Shown: one piece after another, positions 26,431 through 36,218 of the stretch
Layout: each line of letters begins with the position of its first letter
Position numbering within the stretch: position 1 is the first letter of the stretch
Virus record (IMG/VR): IMGVR_UViG_3300044841_000066
Span: 4,395-68,394 of that record
Source: a virus
DNA length: 64,000 bases
Reading direction: 5' to 3' (one strand)
Made by a program: the position numbers and the translations under genes
The notes under the pieces: model-generated
The model's database searches: none
What the model was told of the DNA's origin: nothing
The model's input: only the letters and a program-made list of their open reading frames with translations

Positions 26431-27998
26431 TGCCCATAGCGCCCGAGGCCATCGAGCGCTTCCTGACCGCGCCCTTGCCCTGGGTGCCGGCATGCAAGGG
26501 CATGACGCCCGAGGATCTGCAAAAGCTGATCACAACAGCGTCTGGCGCCGCGCTCGATCCGAAGACCCAGCCCCGCCCGCACCAGCTTGAAGGTGCGGCG
26601 TGGGCCATCTACAGGCGGCGCACGCTCCTGTTCTTTTGGATGCGCCTGGGTAAGACCAAGATTGCGCTGGATTGGGCCAGTCACCTCAAGCGCTGCGGCC
26701 TGACCCACAAGAAAGGTCTCGTCATCGCGCACGCGCCGATCGGCGCCGATGTCTGGCAGTCCGAGGTGCCGAAACATTCCGATCTCAAGGCCACTGTTGT
26801 ATCCTCGGGCAATGGCTCGACTGATGCCCTGATCGACGCGCTCGAAAGTGATTGCGATCTGATCGTGATTGCGCACTCCACCTTACAGCAGCTATTCTCG
26901 ATCAAGAAACTGAACCGCAAGGGCGTTCCCAAGCTCTACCCGGATGTTGAAGCCCTGGCCATCGCGGCGGAATGCTTCTCGTTCTGCATCATCGACGAAA
27001 CCCATCTCTGTGCTAATCACACAAGCCTGCGCTTTGACATCGTTAGCGGCCTTGTGGCCAAATGCCGACAACGCCTCGGGCTTTCGGGCACCCCTGTCGG
27101 CCGCGATCCCCTGGCCATGTGGGCACAGGCGTTCTTGATCGATGAAGGGCAGGCGCTCAGCTCGAACTTCTACTTTTTCGAGGCGGCGTTTTGCAAGGTG
27201 CGCAAGGCGCGGTTCGGCAAGCGCCAAAATGAGCTGGTATTCGACAAGCTGAAGCTGCCCGCGCTCAAGCAAAAGATGGACACAATCGCCCTGGCCTACG
27301 GCAAAAACGAGATCAAGGGCGCTGATGTCTACGCTGGGGTTGTCGACCTCAAGATGGGGCCGAAGCAGCGCGACGCGTATAATGAGCTTGTAACGCGCTT
27401 GGCAGAGATCGAGGAGGACGACGAACGTGCCAAAGAAGCCGCCTTTATCCGCCTGCGCCAGATTGCCAGCGGATACCTACCGTTCAATGATGATGAGGGT
27501 GACCGGCGTATTGTGCATTTCGCTGATAGTGCTAAGTTGGCTTGGTTTCGTGAATTCCTGGCCGACCCGCCCGATGCGCAATGCGTCTTTTTTCACCACT
27601 TCATCCATTCCGGCGAACTACTCTGCGCTGAGCTGGCCAAGGCCAAGGTCTCCCATGTTTCGTTACGCGGGGAGGCCGGCGCAAGACGCGAGGCGCTGGC
27701 CAGCTTTCAGTCGGGTAAATCCCAGGTACTCGTTGCTAATGCCGTAACCGGCGGCACCGCGATCGACCTACCGATGGCGGACTATCTATGCTTTTTCGAG
27801 TCGCCTGTTTCCCCGCGTTTACGCGAGCAGGCCGAGGCCCGGCCGATGGCGCGGGGGGATCGGCCGCTGCTGCTGGACGATCTCGTCTGCGCCCCTGTTG
27901 AGCGCCGCATCCTGGGATTTATCAAGGAGGGGCGCGATCTCGCCAGCGTCTTGGTGCATAGCTCGCGCAAACTCGCTGAGAGCCTGTTCGCAAAGTAG
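26430..27998 (+). CDS. SNF2-like SF2 helicase
   Basis: RPHQ, LGKT, IIDETH, LSGTP, LRQIASG; motif VI divergent. Confidence 0.8.
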   Translation: MPIAPEAIERFLTAPLPWVPACKGMTPEDLQKLITTASGAALDPKTQPRPHQLEGAAWAIYRRRTLLFFWMRLGKTKIALDWASHLKRCGLTHKKGLVIAHAPIGADVWQSEVPKHSDLKATVVSSGNGSTDALIDALESDCDLIVIAHSTLQQLFSIKKLNRKGVPKLYPDVEALAIAAECFSFCIIDETHLCANHTSLRFDIVSGLVAKCRQRLGLSGTPVGRDPLAMWAQAFLIDEGQALSSNFYFFEAAFCKVRKARFGKRQNELVFDKLKLPALKQKMDTIALAYGKNEIKGADVYAGVVDLKMGPKQRDAYNELVTRLAEIEEDDERAKEAAFIRLRQIASGYLPFNDDEGDRRIVHFADSAKLAWFREFLADPPDAQCVFFHHFIHSGELLCAELAKAKVSHVSLRGEAGARREALASFQSGKSQVLVANAVTGGTAIDLPMADYLCFFESPVSPRLREQAEARPMARGDRPLLLDDLVCAPVERRILGFIKEGRDLASVLVHSSRKLAESLFAK

Positions 27999-28026
27999 TT
28001 GCGTTCGCGTTTCCACACCGGTATAT
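27999..28026 (+). promoter_or_regulatory. Putative sigma70-type promoter
   Basis: TTGCGT-N16-GTATAT. Confidence 0.65.
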
Positions 28027-28072
28027 CTTTTGCAGTGGCGCGATTGCCGCTGGGAAAGGAACTCAAATCACG

Positions 28073-28234
28073 ATGAAATGGACCGTCACCAACGGAACGG
28101 AAACCGCCGACGCGCTTGCCCTGACCCATGCGCAAGCCAAGCAGGCCGCGATCGAGATGGGTCAAGGCTGGATGCCTATGCTATTGGCACTCGCCTTGTT
28201 CCCGCTCGCGCTGCCCATGCAGGAGGCCGCATAG
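28073..28234 (+). CDS. Small hypothetical protein (53 aa, MKWTVTNG...)
   Basis: Read by eye; GGAAAGGAA RBS after the promoter; abuts the next ATG. Confidence 0.65.
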   Translation: MKWTVTNGTETADALALTHAQAKQAAIEMGQGWMPMLLALALFPLALPMQEAA

Positions 28235-28438
28235 ATGGTCAAAGATTTTAAGATAATGGATCGGGTGCGCTTAACGAACATGGGTGTTGTCGAGATCGGA
28301 GAACGCAGCGGGGATGATGAGGTTCCCACAGGCATCGGTGATGTGACCGCGGTCAGTGAGAGCAAAATCACGGTCGAATTCGATGATGCAGTGATCGAGT
28401 GCTATCCGGAATGGTTACAACTCGTCAGGGTGAGCTAG
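28235..28438 (+). CDS. Small hypothetical beta-rich protein
   Basis: AGGAGG RBS. Confidence 0.7.
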   Translation: MVKDFKIMDRVRLTNMGVVEIGERSGDDEVPTGIGDVTAVSESKITVEFDDAVIECYPEWLQLVRVS

Positions 28439-28774
28439 ATGGCCACGACTGTCAACCGCAAGACCGAGCACGATTTCGTCACCCTGGCCATCACCTGGGA
28501 AATCACAACCAAGCTCAATCTGACCTGGAACCGCAATGGGGAAAAGATCAGCTACGCGCAAGCGATCGATCCTGAGCTAGCGGCCAAGCTGCTCGAAGCG
28601 GCCAGGGTGCCGAATGGCGAACCGACTATCGGGCAATGGATCGAAAAGGTCTGGGAATGCGCGGCCAGGACGCGAGACCCGCTTGAGCTGCTCGCGCTCT
28701 TGCGAGCCTTGCCACGGCCGGGCGAGCCTAAGCCCAAGATACTTCCGCGCTATCGGCCGCCCGCCGACCGATAA
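28439..28774 (+). CDS. Hypothetical protein
   Basis: Abuts the upstream stop. Confidence 0.65.
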   Translation: MATTVNRKTEHDFVTLAITWEITTKLNLTWNRNGEKISYAQAIDPELAAKLLEAARVPNGEPTIGQWIEKVWECAARTRDPLELLALLRALPRPGEPKPKILPRYRPPADR

Positions 28775-28779
28775 TCTGG

Positions 28780-28807
28780 TTGCGTTAATATTTCTGGGTC
28801 AGTATAT
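28780..28807 (+). promoter_or_regulatory. Putative sigma70-type promoter
   Basis: TTGCGT-N16-GTATAT followed by CTAACTG. Confidence 0.65.
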
Positions 28808-28857
28808 CTAACTGACTACCGGGCGCCTCGCCGGATTTCAGGGGCAGGAGAAGAACA

Positions 28858-29088
28858 ATGGTTAATCATCCCAGGCGGCAAGTCGGCAGCTCAACCGTCA
28901 AAAAACTGCGCAATATGTATCGGGAAGCCTGGAACCAGCGCAAATGGCCGCATTCTGATGACTACATCCGTGAGCTTTGGTTGGAAGAGCGTGGCGAGGT
29001 CCGGAATGGCCAGAACAAAGTTCCGCCGGCTGAGGTGTGGGAACGCTGCCTCTTGCGGATGCGCGAGAACCATTCTTTTGAGAACTGA
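28858..29088 (+). CDS. Small hypothetical protein
   Basis: AGGAG RBS after the promoter. Confidence 0.65.
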   Translation: MVNHPRRQVGSSTVKKLRNMYREAWNQRKWPHSDDYIRELWLEERGEVRNGQNKVPPAEVWERCLLRMRENHSFEN

Positions 29089-29188
29089 CTAGGCGAAACG
29101 CCGGCGGGTATATAAGCTCGCCAGCGTCCACAGGATGCCGCCCCGCCCTGTGCTGATGAGCCAGGGGCAAATGCAAAGGGAGAACCCG

Positions 29189-30943
29189 ATGTCAGATGAA
29201 CCAAAACCCCGCTTCCGCATACGCGGCGCCGCTGCCCAGCTCGCGCCCGCGATCATCCTACCCGCCGCGCCCAAGCTGATCCTGCCGGCCGCGCTGAGCG
29301 AGCGCTACTCCAAACCCAAGGAAAAGGGTTTCAAGGCCTCTCCCCAGCAGCTCGCCTATTTCGACTGGATCGAAAAGGGATCGGGCAATCTGATCATGGA
29401 GGCGGTTGCTGGCGCCGGCAAGTCGACGACCTTGGTCCAGGGCTTTCGCTACATGCAAGGGCAGGTGTTCTGCGGCGCTTACAACAAGGCGGCGGGCGCC
29501 GATCTCAGGGATAAGGCGACCAAGCTCGACGCGCTGCGCCCTGGCCTGCATATCTCGACCATGCACGCATCCGGCCTCTACGACTGGAAGCGCACGCATA
29601 AGCAGGTTGAGATCGACGATACCAAGCCGCGCCGGCTGATCGAGCGCTTTGTCGATGATTTCCCGGCGCATCGGGACGCCAAGACCTACAGCGCGTTCAT
29701 CAACAAGATGATCAGCTTCGGTAAGCAATTCCTGATCGGCTGTGCCGGCAAGCCGGGTGCCGACAATATGGCGGTCTGGCTCAAGCTGATGGACCATTTC
29801 AGCGTCGACCAGGACCTACCCGAGAATGTCCACCCCGAAGCGATCATGGAATGGGTGATGGAGATATTCGGCCGCTCGCACGCCGAATGCCCGACCCGGA
29901 TCGACTTCGACGACATGATCTACGCGCCGATCGCTTACGACATCCGGATGTTCGCCAATGACTGGGTGCTCGTCGACGAATGCCAGGACATCAACCCAGC
30001 GCGCCGGGAAATGGCCAAGCGGCTGCTGAAGCGCGCGGGCCGGGCGGTATTTGTCGGCGATAGCCGACAAGCGATCTACGGCTTCACGGGAGCTGGTGGG
30101 GATAGCATCGACCGCATCGTTGAAGAATTCAAGTGCGAGCGCTTGCCGCTGACCGTCACCTATCGCTGCCCCAAGGCGGTCGTGAATTATGTCCACCAAT
30201 GGGTCAGCCACATCGAGGCGCATCCCGACGCGCCCGAGGGCGTTGTCCGGCCAATCACTTATGTGCCAGAGCGGGTGTGCGCTGGGTGCCAGGGCATGGG
30301 CAATGACCCCAAGATGCCGCGTACGCTCTGCGATGTATGTGGCGGTAAAAAGCGCATCCCGGCCCTGCCCTGGTTCCAGCAGGATGCGCCCGCAAACACA
30401 GATGTGATCCTCTGCCGCTACACCCGCCCGCTGATCCAGACCGCCTACTCGATGATCAAGCGTGGCATCGCCTGCAAGGTCGAGGGGCGCGACATCGGGC
30501 GCGGCCTGATCACGATCTGCCGGATGTGGAAGATCAAGAGCATCGATCGCTTGGTAGAGCGGGTCGCCAAATGGGCCGAGCACGAGATTGCCAAGGCGAT
30601 CAAGGCCGAGTCGGAGAAGCGGCAACAGGAGATTGAGGATAAGCGCGACACCCTGTTGATCTTCATGGCGCGCTGCAAGGATCAGGGCAAGCACCTGATC
30701 GACGACCTTGTGGCCGAGATCGAGAGCATGTTTGCCGACGATGTCAAGGGCGTCATAACCTTATGCACCGGGCACAAGAGCAAGGGCCGGGAATGGCCTC
30801 GGGTATTCTGGATACAGACGACCGGTGGGCGGATCAGCAAGCCCTGGGAAGCGGTCGAAGAGATCAATGTTAAGTACGTCATCGGAACGCGGGCGATGGC
30901 GGAACTGATACTCGTCCCCGAAACGCTTGGAAAGGCCGCCTGA
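29189..30943 (+). CDS. UvrD/Rep-like SF1 helicase
   Basis: AVAGAGKST, VDECQD, VGDSRQAIYGF, TYRCP, HKSKGREW, GTRA. Confidence 0.9.
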   Translation: MSDEPKPRFRIRGAAAQLAPAIILPAAPKLILPAALSERYSKPKEKGFKASPQQLAYFDWIEKGSGNLIMEAVAGAGKSTTLVQGFRYMQGQVFCGAYNKAAGADLRDKATKLDALRPGLHISTMHASGLYDWKRTHKQVEIDDTKPRRLIERFVDDFPAHRDAKTYSAFINKMISFGKQFLIGCAGKPGADNMAVWLKLMDHFSVDQDLPENVHPEAIMEWVMEIFGRSHAECPTRIDFDDMIYAPIAYDIRMFANDWVLVDECQDINPARREMAKRLLKRAGRAVFVGDSRQAIYGFTGAGGDSIDRIVEEFKCERLPLTVTYRCPKAVVNYVHQWVSHIEAHPDAPEGVVRPITYVPERVCAGCQGMGNDPKMPRTLCDVCGGKKRIPALPWFQQDAPANTDVILCRYTRPLIQTAYSMIKRGIACKVEGRDIGRGLITICRMWKIKSIDRLVERVAKWAEHEIAKAIKAESEKRQQEIEDKRDTLLIFMARCKDQGKHLIDDLVAEIESMFADDVKGVITLCTGHKSKGREWPRVFWIQTTGGRISKPWEAVEEINVKYVIGTRAMAELILVPETLGKAA

Positions 30944-30944
30944 T

Positions 30945-31061
30945 ATGATCGTATTACTTTTGTTTTTGATCTTCATCGCCCTGCTGTTTCCCGGTGCCAT
31001 GCGCGCCGGGATCGGGCTGCTCGTCATCATCGGCCTGCTCGCTGCTGCCCAACATATGTAA
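30945..31061 (+). CDS. Very small hydrophobic membrane protein (38 aa)
   Basis: MIVLLLFLIFIALLFPGAMRAGIGLLVIIGLLAAAQHM, read by eye. Confidence 0.55.
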   Translation: MIVLLLFLIFIALLFPGAMRAGIGLLVIIGLLAAAQHM

Positions 31062-31089
31062 TTGCAAACTTGCAATGATTATCGACAAC

Positions 31090-31128
31090 AAAAGAAAGCC
31101 GGCGCGAGCAGCGATGCCCGGCCGGCTG
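31090..31128 (-). terminator. Terminator where the two genome arms converge
   Basis: AGCCGGC...GCCGGCT stem preceded on + by an A-rich run. Confidence 0.55.
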
Positions 31129-31155
31129 AAAGGTTAAGGGAGGAAACTCCGTCCG

Positions 31156-31890
31156 CTATTGGGTCAGCGCGCCAGCGTCGAGTAAGCCGTCAACGGTAAC
31201 CCCATTATAGAAGCCGGCGGCATTCCCGAGTTGGCGCCAGACAACGCCATGCGCCTCATCGAGCCGCGTCATCAACCATTCCCAGGTGACCGATTGCCAG
31301 CGACCCCAGGTGCCGATTTGGACGATATCGCTGTCGGCCAACCCACCATAGCACCAAGCCGGAATGCCATGCCCACCAATGACAACGCCGTCATCCCGCC
31401 CGGCCTGGACATCCCAAAGCCCCATCGTCTCCATCTCGCGTTCGCGCAGCGTCACACCTAGGTAGAGCGGGCCTAAGCGCTCCATGGCGATGGCCAGGGC
31501 GGAACGCGCCTTGGGATCGATTGTACCCCATTGACCGTAGAGCGTTTGCGGACCGATGTCGAACCCATGCGCCTGTCGATTGAGCACATCGCGCATGATC
31601 GCGCCCTCGGTCGCGGCGAGGTCGGGCGGATTGCCCACGCATGACCCGTAGAAGGCGAGCGGCTTGCCGGGATCGACGATCAGATCGTAACCGTTCAGAT
31701 AGGCGACCCCACGCGCGCAATTGGCCAGCGCCGCCGCGGTGCAATCTGAATAGTGGTCGTTGTCATACATCTCTGGCCCGAAGTCCGCCAACGAACGGTC
31801 CAGCTTGGCCGGCGGCGGGACGGCACCGAACCGATGAGCCGGCGCGGCGGCCAGCTCGATCGGATCATGCGCCAAGCGGCCGAGGCGCAT
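31156..31890 (-). CDS. Papain-like cysteine peptidase (putative)
   Basis: NDHYSDCTAAA (Cys), GGHGI (His), TWG. Confidence 0.55.
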   Translation of the reverse strand: MRLGRLAHDPIELAAAPAHRFGAVPPPAKLDRSLADFGPEMYDNDHYSDCTAAALANCARGVAYLNGYDLIVDPGKPLAFYGSCVGNPPDLAATEGAIMRDVLNRQAHGFDIGPQTLYGQWGTIDPKARSALAIAMERLGPLYLGVTLREREMETMGLWDVQAGRDDGVVIGGHGIPAWCYGGLADSDIVQIGTWGRWQSVTWEWLMTRLDEAHGVVWRQLGNAAGFYNGVTVDGLLDAGALTQ

Positions 31891-32387
31891 TAGCCTTTGG
31901 TCGCCAGCAGCGCGCGGGCCTGCGCCGGCGTGTAGGATGGCGCCACGCTACCCATGCTGGCAGCGCTCAAGCCGACGGCGGCCAGCAGCGCCGGCAAGAG
32001 CGAGACGGCGGCGTTAACGATTGGTATGAGCGCAGATCCGCCGGGGATGAGCGAGAGCGCGATCGGCGCGATGGCGTTGACAGCCTGCGTGATCTCAACG
32101 ACAACGGATGTCGCCGGCATAAGCGTTGCCGCCGCGACGATCTTGGCGTCGGCTACGATCGTGGCGAGATCGCTTTGCAGTGTGGCAAGCAGCGTCTGCG
32201 ATACACCGGGAATGGCCGCGATCGAGGAAATCGTCGCAGACAGGCCAGATGCGATCAACGAGGCATCGGTCGCGAGCTGATTTGGCGTCGTGGCCGGATT
32301 GACGGGCGTGCCCACGCAGGCGGCGAGCAGGCTGGCGGGAACGATAGCGGACGCGCCGATGAGCGCGCGACGGCGTGACATATGCAT
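31890..32387 (-). CDS. Lipoprotein with twin-arginine-like signal
   Basis: MHMSRRRALIG...LLAAC lipobox; GAAGGA RBS. Confidence 0.65.
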   Translation of the reverse strand: MHMSRRRALIGASAIVPASLLAACVGTPVNPATTPNQLATDASLIASGLSATISSIAAIPGVSQTLLATLQSDLATIVADAKIVAAATLMPATSVVVEITQAVNAIAPIALSLIPGGSALIPIVNAAVSLLPALLAAVGLSAASMGSVAPSYTPAQARALLATKG

Positions 32388-32401
32388 TCGGTAAGCTTCC
32401 T

Positions 32402-32554
32402 TCAGATACGGCCGAGTATGGCCAGGACGATGAGGACGATGAGGATCAACCCGAGCGGACCGTAAGCGTAGGGTGTCCCGAGATAGCCGCCGCGATACCC
32501 GAAGCCTCCACCAAGCACCAGGAGGACGATCAGGATCAGGAGTAGCGGGTTCAT
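32402..32554 (-). CDS. Small 2-TM Gly-rich membrane protein (DUF3309-like)
   Basis: MNPLLLILIVLLVLGGGFGYRGGY...GLILIVLIVLAILGRI; ATGA overlap with the upstream gene. Confidence 0.7.
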   Translation of the reverse strand: MNPLLLILIVLLVLGGGFGYRGGYLGTPYAYGPLGLILIVLIVLAILGRI

Positions 32555-32958
32555 GCGGCGGGGATTGCGGCGGGTGGCGTCCGCGATCCGGTATCGACCG
32601 CGCCGACAATCGCCTTGGCGATATCGTCTTGGCTGACGCCAAGGTTGGCCAGGGCGGGGCCGGCGACGGCTAGGACCGCTTGCGCCTCGGCCAAGACAAC
32701 GGGGTTGCTGATGTTGATGTGGGCGACCTTGACGATGCCCTGATCGATCTTGGTCTCAAGCGCACCGGCTGAGGTCTGGATCAACGCGGCGACCTTGGTT
32801 TCCTGCTGGGTCGTCAGCATGATCCCGCTGCGCTGCTCGAATGCCTTGATGGCGATAGGGAAGTAGCGCGCGAACCACGCCCCGATGACGAGCGCGCCGA
32901 TCTGCACAATGGGCGTTGTGATCACGGAAAGATCGAGCGCTGAGCTGGTAACGGTCAT
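32551..32958 (-). CDS. Putative holin (LL-H-like, N-terminal TM)
   Basis: One N-terminal TM plus an amphipathic helical domain; lysis-type context. Confidence 0.45.
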   Translation of the reverse strand: MTVTSSALDLSVITTPIVQIGALVIGAWFARYFPIAIKAFEQRSGIMLTTQQETKVAALIQTSAGALETKIDQGIVKVAHINISNPVVLAEAQAVLAVAGPALANLGVSQDDIAKAIVGAVDTGSRTPPAAIPAA

Positions 32959-33200
32959 TTTGGTTTCCTTTGTTGTTTTATCAATTCATCCGAACAGGCC
33001 ACAAGCCGCGCATCGACTTGGAGCAATGCCTTGGTCGTCAGGTTTCCCCAAGCGCCGACGACCTCAACCGCACGGTTGCCTTTGGCGGGCGGCACAGGCG
33101 GGATAATGGGTTTGCCGCAGACATAGGGCGGCTCTGGTGGGATAGGCACCGGGACGGATGAGCAGGCGCCCAAAGTCAGGACCAACCAGAGCGCCCGCAT
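32955..33200 (-). CDS. Pro-rich lipoprotein, o-spanin-like
   Basis: LTLGAC lipobox; Pro-rich; additional Cys residues. Confidence 0.55.
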   Translation of the reverse strand: MRALWLVLTLGACSSVPVPIPPEPPYVCGKPIIPPVPPAKGNRAVEVVGAWGNLTTKALLQVDARLVACSDELIKQQRKPK

Positions 33201-33610
33201 TATCGATGTCCAGGCAGGATGCCGAGCGGCACTTTGCTTTCGCGGTCGAGCCGATCAACAATGGGCGCAATCCGTTCGACCGTACCATTCAGGCTTGCCA
33301 GGAGATCGCCGGCCCGATCAGTAGCGCGCTGGATACCGCCGATCATGACATTCGCCTGATCCTGGCGCTTATCGGCCTGATCCTGGCGCTTTTCCATTTG
33401 GAGCTGCGAGGCTTGGACATTTGGAAGCGCAGCAATAGACTTATCCAGCTTGTCAAAACTGGTCTCCATGCGCTGCTGGATTTCAGTCACTTTATCGGAG
33501 ACAGATACAATTGAGCCATGATCGAGCGAGACCGAGCGCACCGAGGCGACCAGCATGGATACGGCAACGAGTATGTGACCGAAGTTGATTTCCGGCTTTA
33601 ACCAAGCCAT
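33200..33610 (-). CDS. Membrane-anchored coiled-coil protein (i-spanin- or holin-like)
   Basis: N-terminal hydrophobic segment then a coiled coil; coupled to the lipoprotein gene. Confidence 0.45.
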   Translation of the reverse strand: MAWLKPEINFGHILVAVSMLVASVRSVSLDHGSIVSVSDKVTEIQQRMETSFDKLDKSIAALPNVQASQLQMEKRQDQADKRQDQANVMIGGIQRATDRAGDLLASLNGTVERIAPIVDRLDRESKVPLGILPGHR

Positions 33611-33653
33611 TGGCGCGGACTCCTAAGCGATTGGCGTACGCTTTCCTCGCGCC

Positions 33654-34691
33654 TTAGTTAATAATGATCAGTGCCGCTCCTGAAGTCGAAAGGCCCGCCG
33701 ATCCCGCCAGGAACCCAGCCAATGTAGCGCCGCCAGCTCCGCCCGAAGTCCCGAAGCCGGAAGCGTTGCCGCCGTTGCCGCCATTAGATGCCGGGCAGCT
33801 CGCGCCACCGCCTCCGCCGCCGCCTGTTAATTCCGATCCGGAACCGCCGGGTGAGCCGGCATTGCTGCCATTCTGGCTCGTTCCAGTGCAGGTCGCCAAA
33901 CCGCCAGTCGCGCCCTGAGTAGCGGTAAGATATGGACCAATCCGACCACCATTTCCTCCTGCCAATGCAACGGGCGTTGTCGCAAGTCCACCGCCAGGAC
34001 CGCCAGGACCCGGACCAAGGATTTGGGTATAGGTGCCACCGGCCACGCCTAAGCCGCCGCCGATCCCACCCAAGCCAAACCAGGGAATAGTCGGGACTAT
34101 GCCGTTACCGCCAGCGCCGCCCGCAACCCCGCCGCCCGCGCCAAGCGCACCCGCCGTCGATCCAACCCCATTGCCGCCGATCCCACCGAGGCCCGCGCTG
34201 CCGCCACCGGCCGAAACTGCGCTGCTTTGCCCAGCGGAGCCGAACCCCGAACCCCAAGCGGTCATACTTCCGGTGCCAACTGTTAGAACAGTATTCCCAC
34301 CGGCCGTGGGCGCCGATCCCGTGCTGCCCGCCGTTGTGCCACTGGCGGTGCAGGGCGTTCCGGCCGCGCCTATAACCACGTTCAAGGTCGAGGCTGGCCC
34401 GGTTACAGATGATAGGAACCGACCCTCAATCCGAGGCGACGTGCCGCCCGAGGCGCCGCCGCTCGCGGCTGTGCCAGAAGCGACAACGACACCGCAGTTG
34501 CTCCCCCCTCCCGCGCCTATCGCCTGATAGGAGATAGTGTGCCAGCCGATTGGTAGTGCAATCGTCTGTGTCGTTGTGATGAGATATGTGGTGACTGGGA
34601 CTGATACGGGCTGCGGCTGTGCAAGCGCAGCGCTAATGCTGTCAAAAAATACTGTAGAAAGTAACGCCGCGCGCAGCAAATTACGGGACAT
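33654..34691 (-). CDS. Glycine-rich virion/fibre-associated protein
   Basis: IGAGGG...GG repeats; signal-peptide-like N-terminus. Confidence 0.65.
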   Translation of the reverse strand: MSRNLLRAALLSTVFFDSISAALAQPQPVSVPVTTYLITTTQTIALPIGWHTISYQAIGAGGGSNCGVVVASGTAASGGASGGTSPRIEGRFLSSVTGPASTLNVVIGAAGTPCTASGTTAGSTGSAPTAGGNTVLTVGTGSMTAWGSGFGSAGQSSAVSAGGGSAGLGGIGGNGVGSTAGALGAGGGVAGGAGGNGIVPTIPWFGLGGIGGGLGVAGGTYTQILGPGPGGPGGGLATTPVALAGGNGGRIGPYLTATQGATGGLATCTGTSQNGSNAGSPGGSGSELTGGGGGGGASCPASNGGNGGNASGFGTSGGAGGATLAGFLAGSAGLSTSGAALIIIN

Positions 34692-34703
34692 AACAGATTG
34701 CTC

Positions 34704-36215
34704 CTAAAGAGTGAAAGCGCTTGGCGTGAAGCCGTTATTAGCGAATAGTTGATTGTATCCGCGCACCGTCGGATGCAGTCCATCAGCGGTCCACGGACCG
34801 GTTATGTTGATCATCGGCGGATAGGAGTAACCTGATCCAGGCGTTGTGATGATCTGAGTGATCACATTGCCCGAACTATTGGTTGTGCAGGTACCAGCGC
34901 CGCCCGATCCAGTCTCTCCTGGATATGGCACAGCCACCCAGGGAAGCGTGACAGTACTTGGGTATCCAGCGCCCGACGTTGATCCGCTTTGCAGTATATT
35001 GCGATTGATCGCTGAGATCACGCCGCCGGTGAGTGTAGCCACCAATGCCGCTTGCTGGGATGCCACCCCAGAGGCCGAAGCGCCTACATCAGCGCCCCAT
35101 TTGCCGCTATCAGTTGGATCAACCGCGCGGGCATCATCGAAAATACCAGAGAGGCCGAGCGTGCGCCAATTTGCGCGCAGCCAAGTATTATATCCCTGAC
35201 GAATGGCCTCCGTTCCAAGTAGCGTTTGGTTGGTTGTCGTGATCCAACCGTCAGTACTTGTTGTATGCGGCATCAATGTCAGCGCGTATACTTTTACGCC
35301 GCGTGCCAGGAACGGCGAGGTCAGGGTGATGAAGTTAGCCTGAAGTTGCGCCAGCGTTTGGCCGATGCTGATGTCGTTTACCCCCAGCTCGAATAGGAGA
35401 TGGGTGATGCTGTCAAGATAAAGCTGCGCGGTCCCGTTTAGGCGGGCAAGCCACGAAACCATGGTGCTGCCGCCAATGCTTTGATTGAGGAAGCCGATTT
35501 TGTTTTTTAGCGCGCGTCCCCAAGCAGGAACCCAGGCAACGCTATCAGCATAGTCGCCTGCGCCAACGCCGATGCTGTCGCCCATGATACCAAGAACGGG
35601 AACGCGAATGAGCGGGGTGCCGAAGACAACCGGCGCATAGCCGAGACCGGCGGTGGTCGATGCGAATACCGTCAAATCGAGGGTGTGATCGGCAAGCCCG
35701 GTTCCGCGGTTGGTCCACTCTACAGTGGGTTGGGTCGAGGAAAGTCCGCCGCTGAATACAAATGACCCCGGCGTCCAAATCGCGAACGTCTTATCGGCGA
35801 GAGAGGCGCCCGCCGGAAGGAACATCGGCAATGGATCAGTTTCAAGGTAGAACGGGCCTGGGTTTACCGTTCCAGAAGTAAGGCCCTTGAAGTAAAACGG
35901 CTGCGGCGTTGTGCCGATCGGATATTCAAGCGAGGCCGTAACCGTAAATGCGGTCGGGATATTGGCTTCAGGGACGGCTCCGGAATGCTGCATGAACCCA
36001 GGAAACCGTAGCACGATATCGGTCATGCCGCCACAGTTCGCTGGAACAACCTGGACCGATCTGGAATTGAATGAATTGCTTACCGTATCGGCCGCATTGC
36101 TCGCGTTGGCCAGCACCGAGCCGCCGGCCGATAGGTTCGTCAGCGCCATCCGCGCATTGCGCTTATAGGCGAGAGGCCCGGTGTAGCTGATCGGCGGCGG
36201 AAAGGAAGCGCCCAT
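34704..36215 (-). CDS. SGNH/GDSL hydrolase, putative tail-associated esterase
   Basis: GDSI, SIGG, LGVND and DGLHP blocks. Confidence 0.85.
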   Translation of the reverse strand: MGASFPPPISYTGPLAYKRNARMALTNLSAGGSVLANASNAADTVSNSFNSRSVQVVPANCGGMTDIVLRFPGFMQHSGAVPEANIPTAFTVTASLEYPIGTTPQPFYFKGLTSGTVNPGPFYLETDPLPMFLPAGASLADKTFAIWTPGSFVFSGGLSSTQPTVEWTNRGTGLADHTLDLTVFASTTAGLGYAPVVFGTPLIRVPVLGIMGDSIGVGAGDYADSVAWVPAWGRALKNKIGFLNQSIGGSTMVSWLARLNGTAQLYLDSITHLLFELGVNDISIGQTLAQLQANFITLTSPFLARGVKVYALTLMPHTTSTDGWITTTNQTLLGTEAIRQGYNTWLRANWRTLGLSGIFDDARAVDPTDSGKWGADVGASASGVASQQAALVATLTGGVISAINRNILQSGSTSGAGYPSTVTLPWVAVPYPGETGSGGAGTCTTNSSGNVITQIITTPGSGYSYPPMINITGPWTADGLHPTVRGYNQLFANNGFTPSAFTL

Positions 36216-36218
36216 CGA

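Noticed and set aside
31890-32642. 250-aa ORF as called by the track
   Set aside because: Its 5' part overlaps the holin-like and 50-aa membrane genes; the better start is 32387
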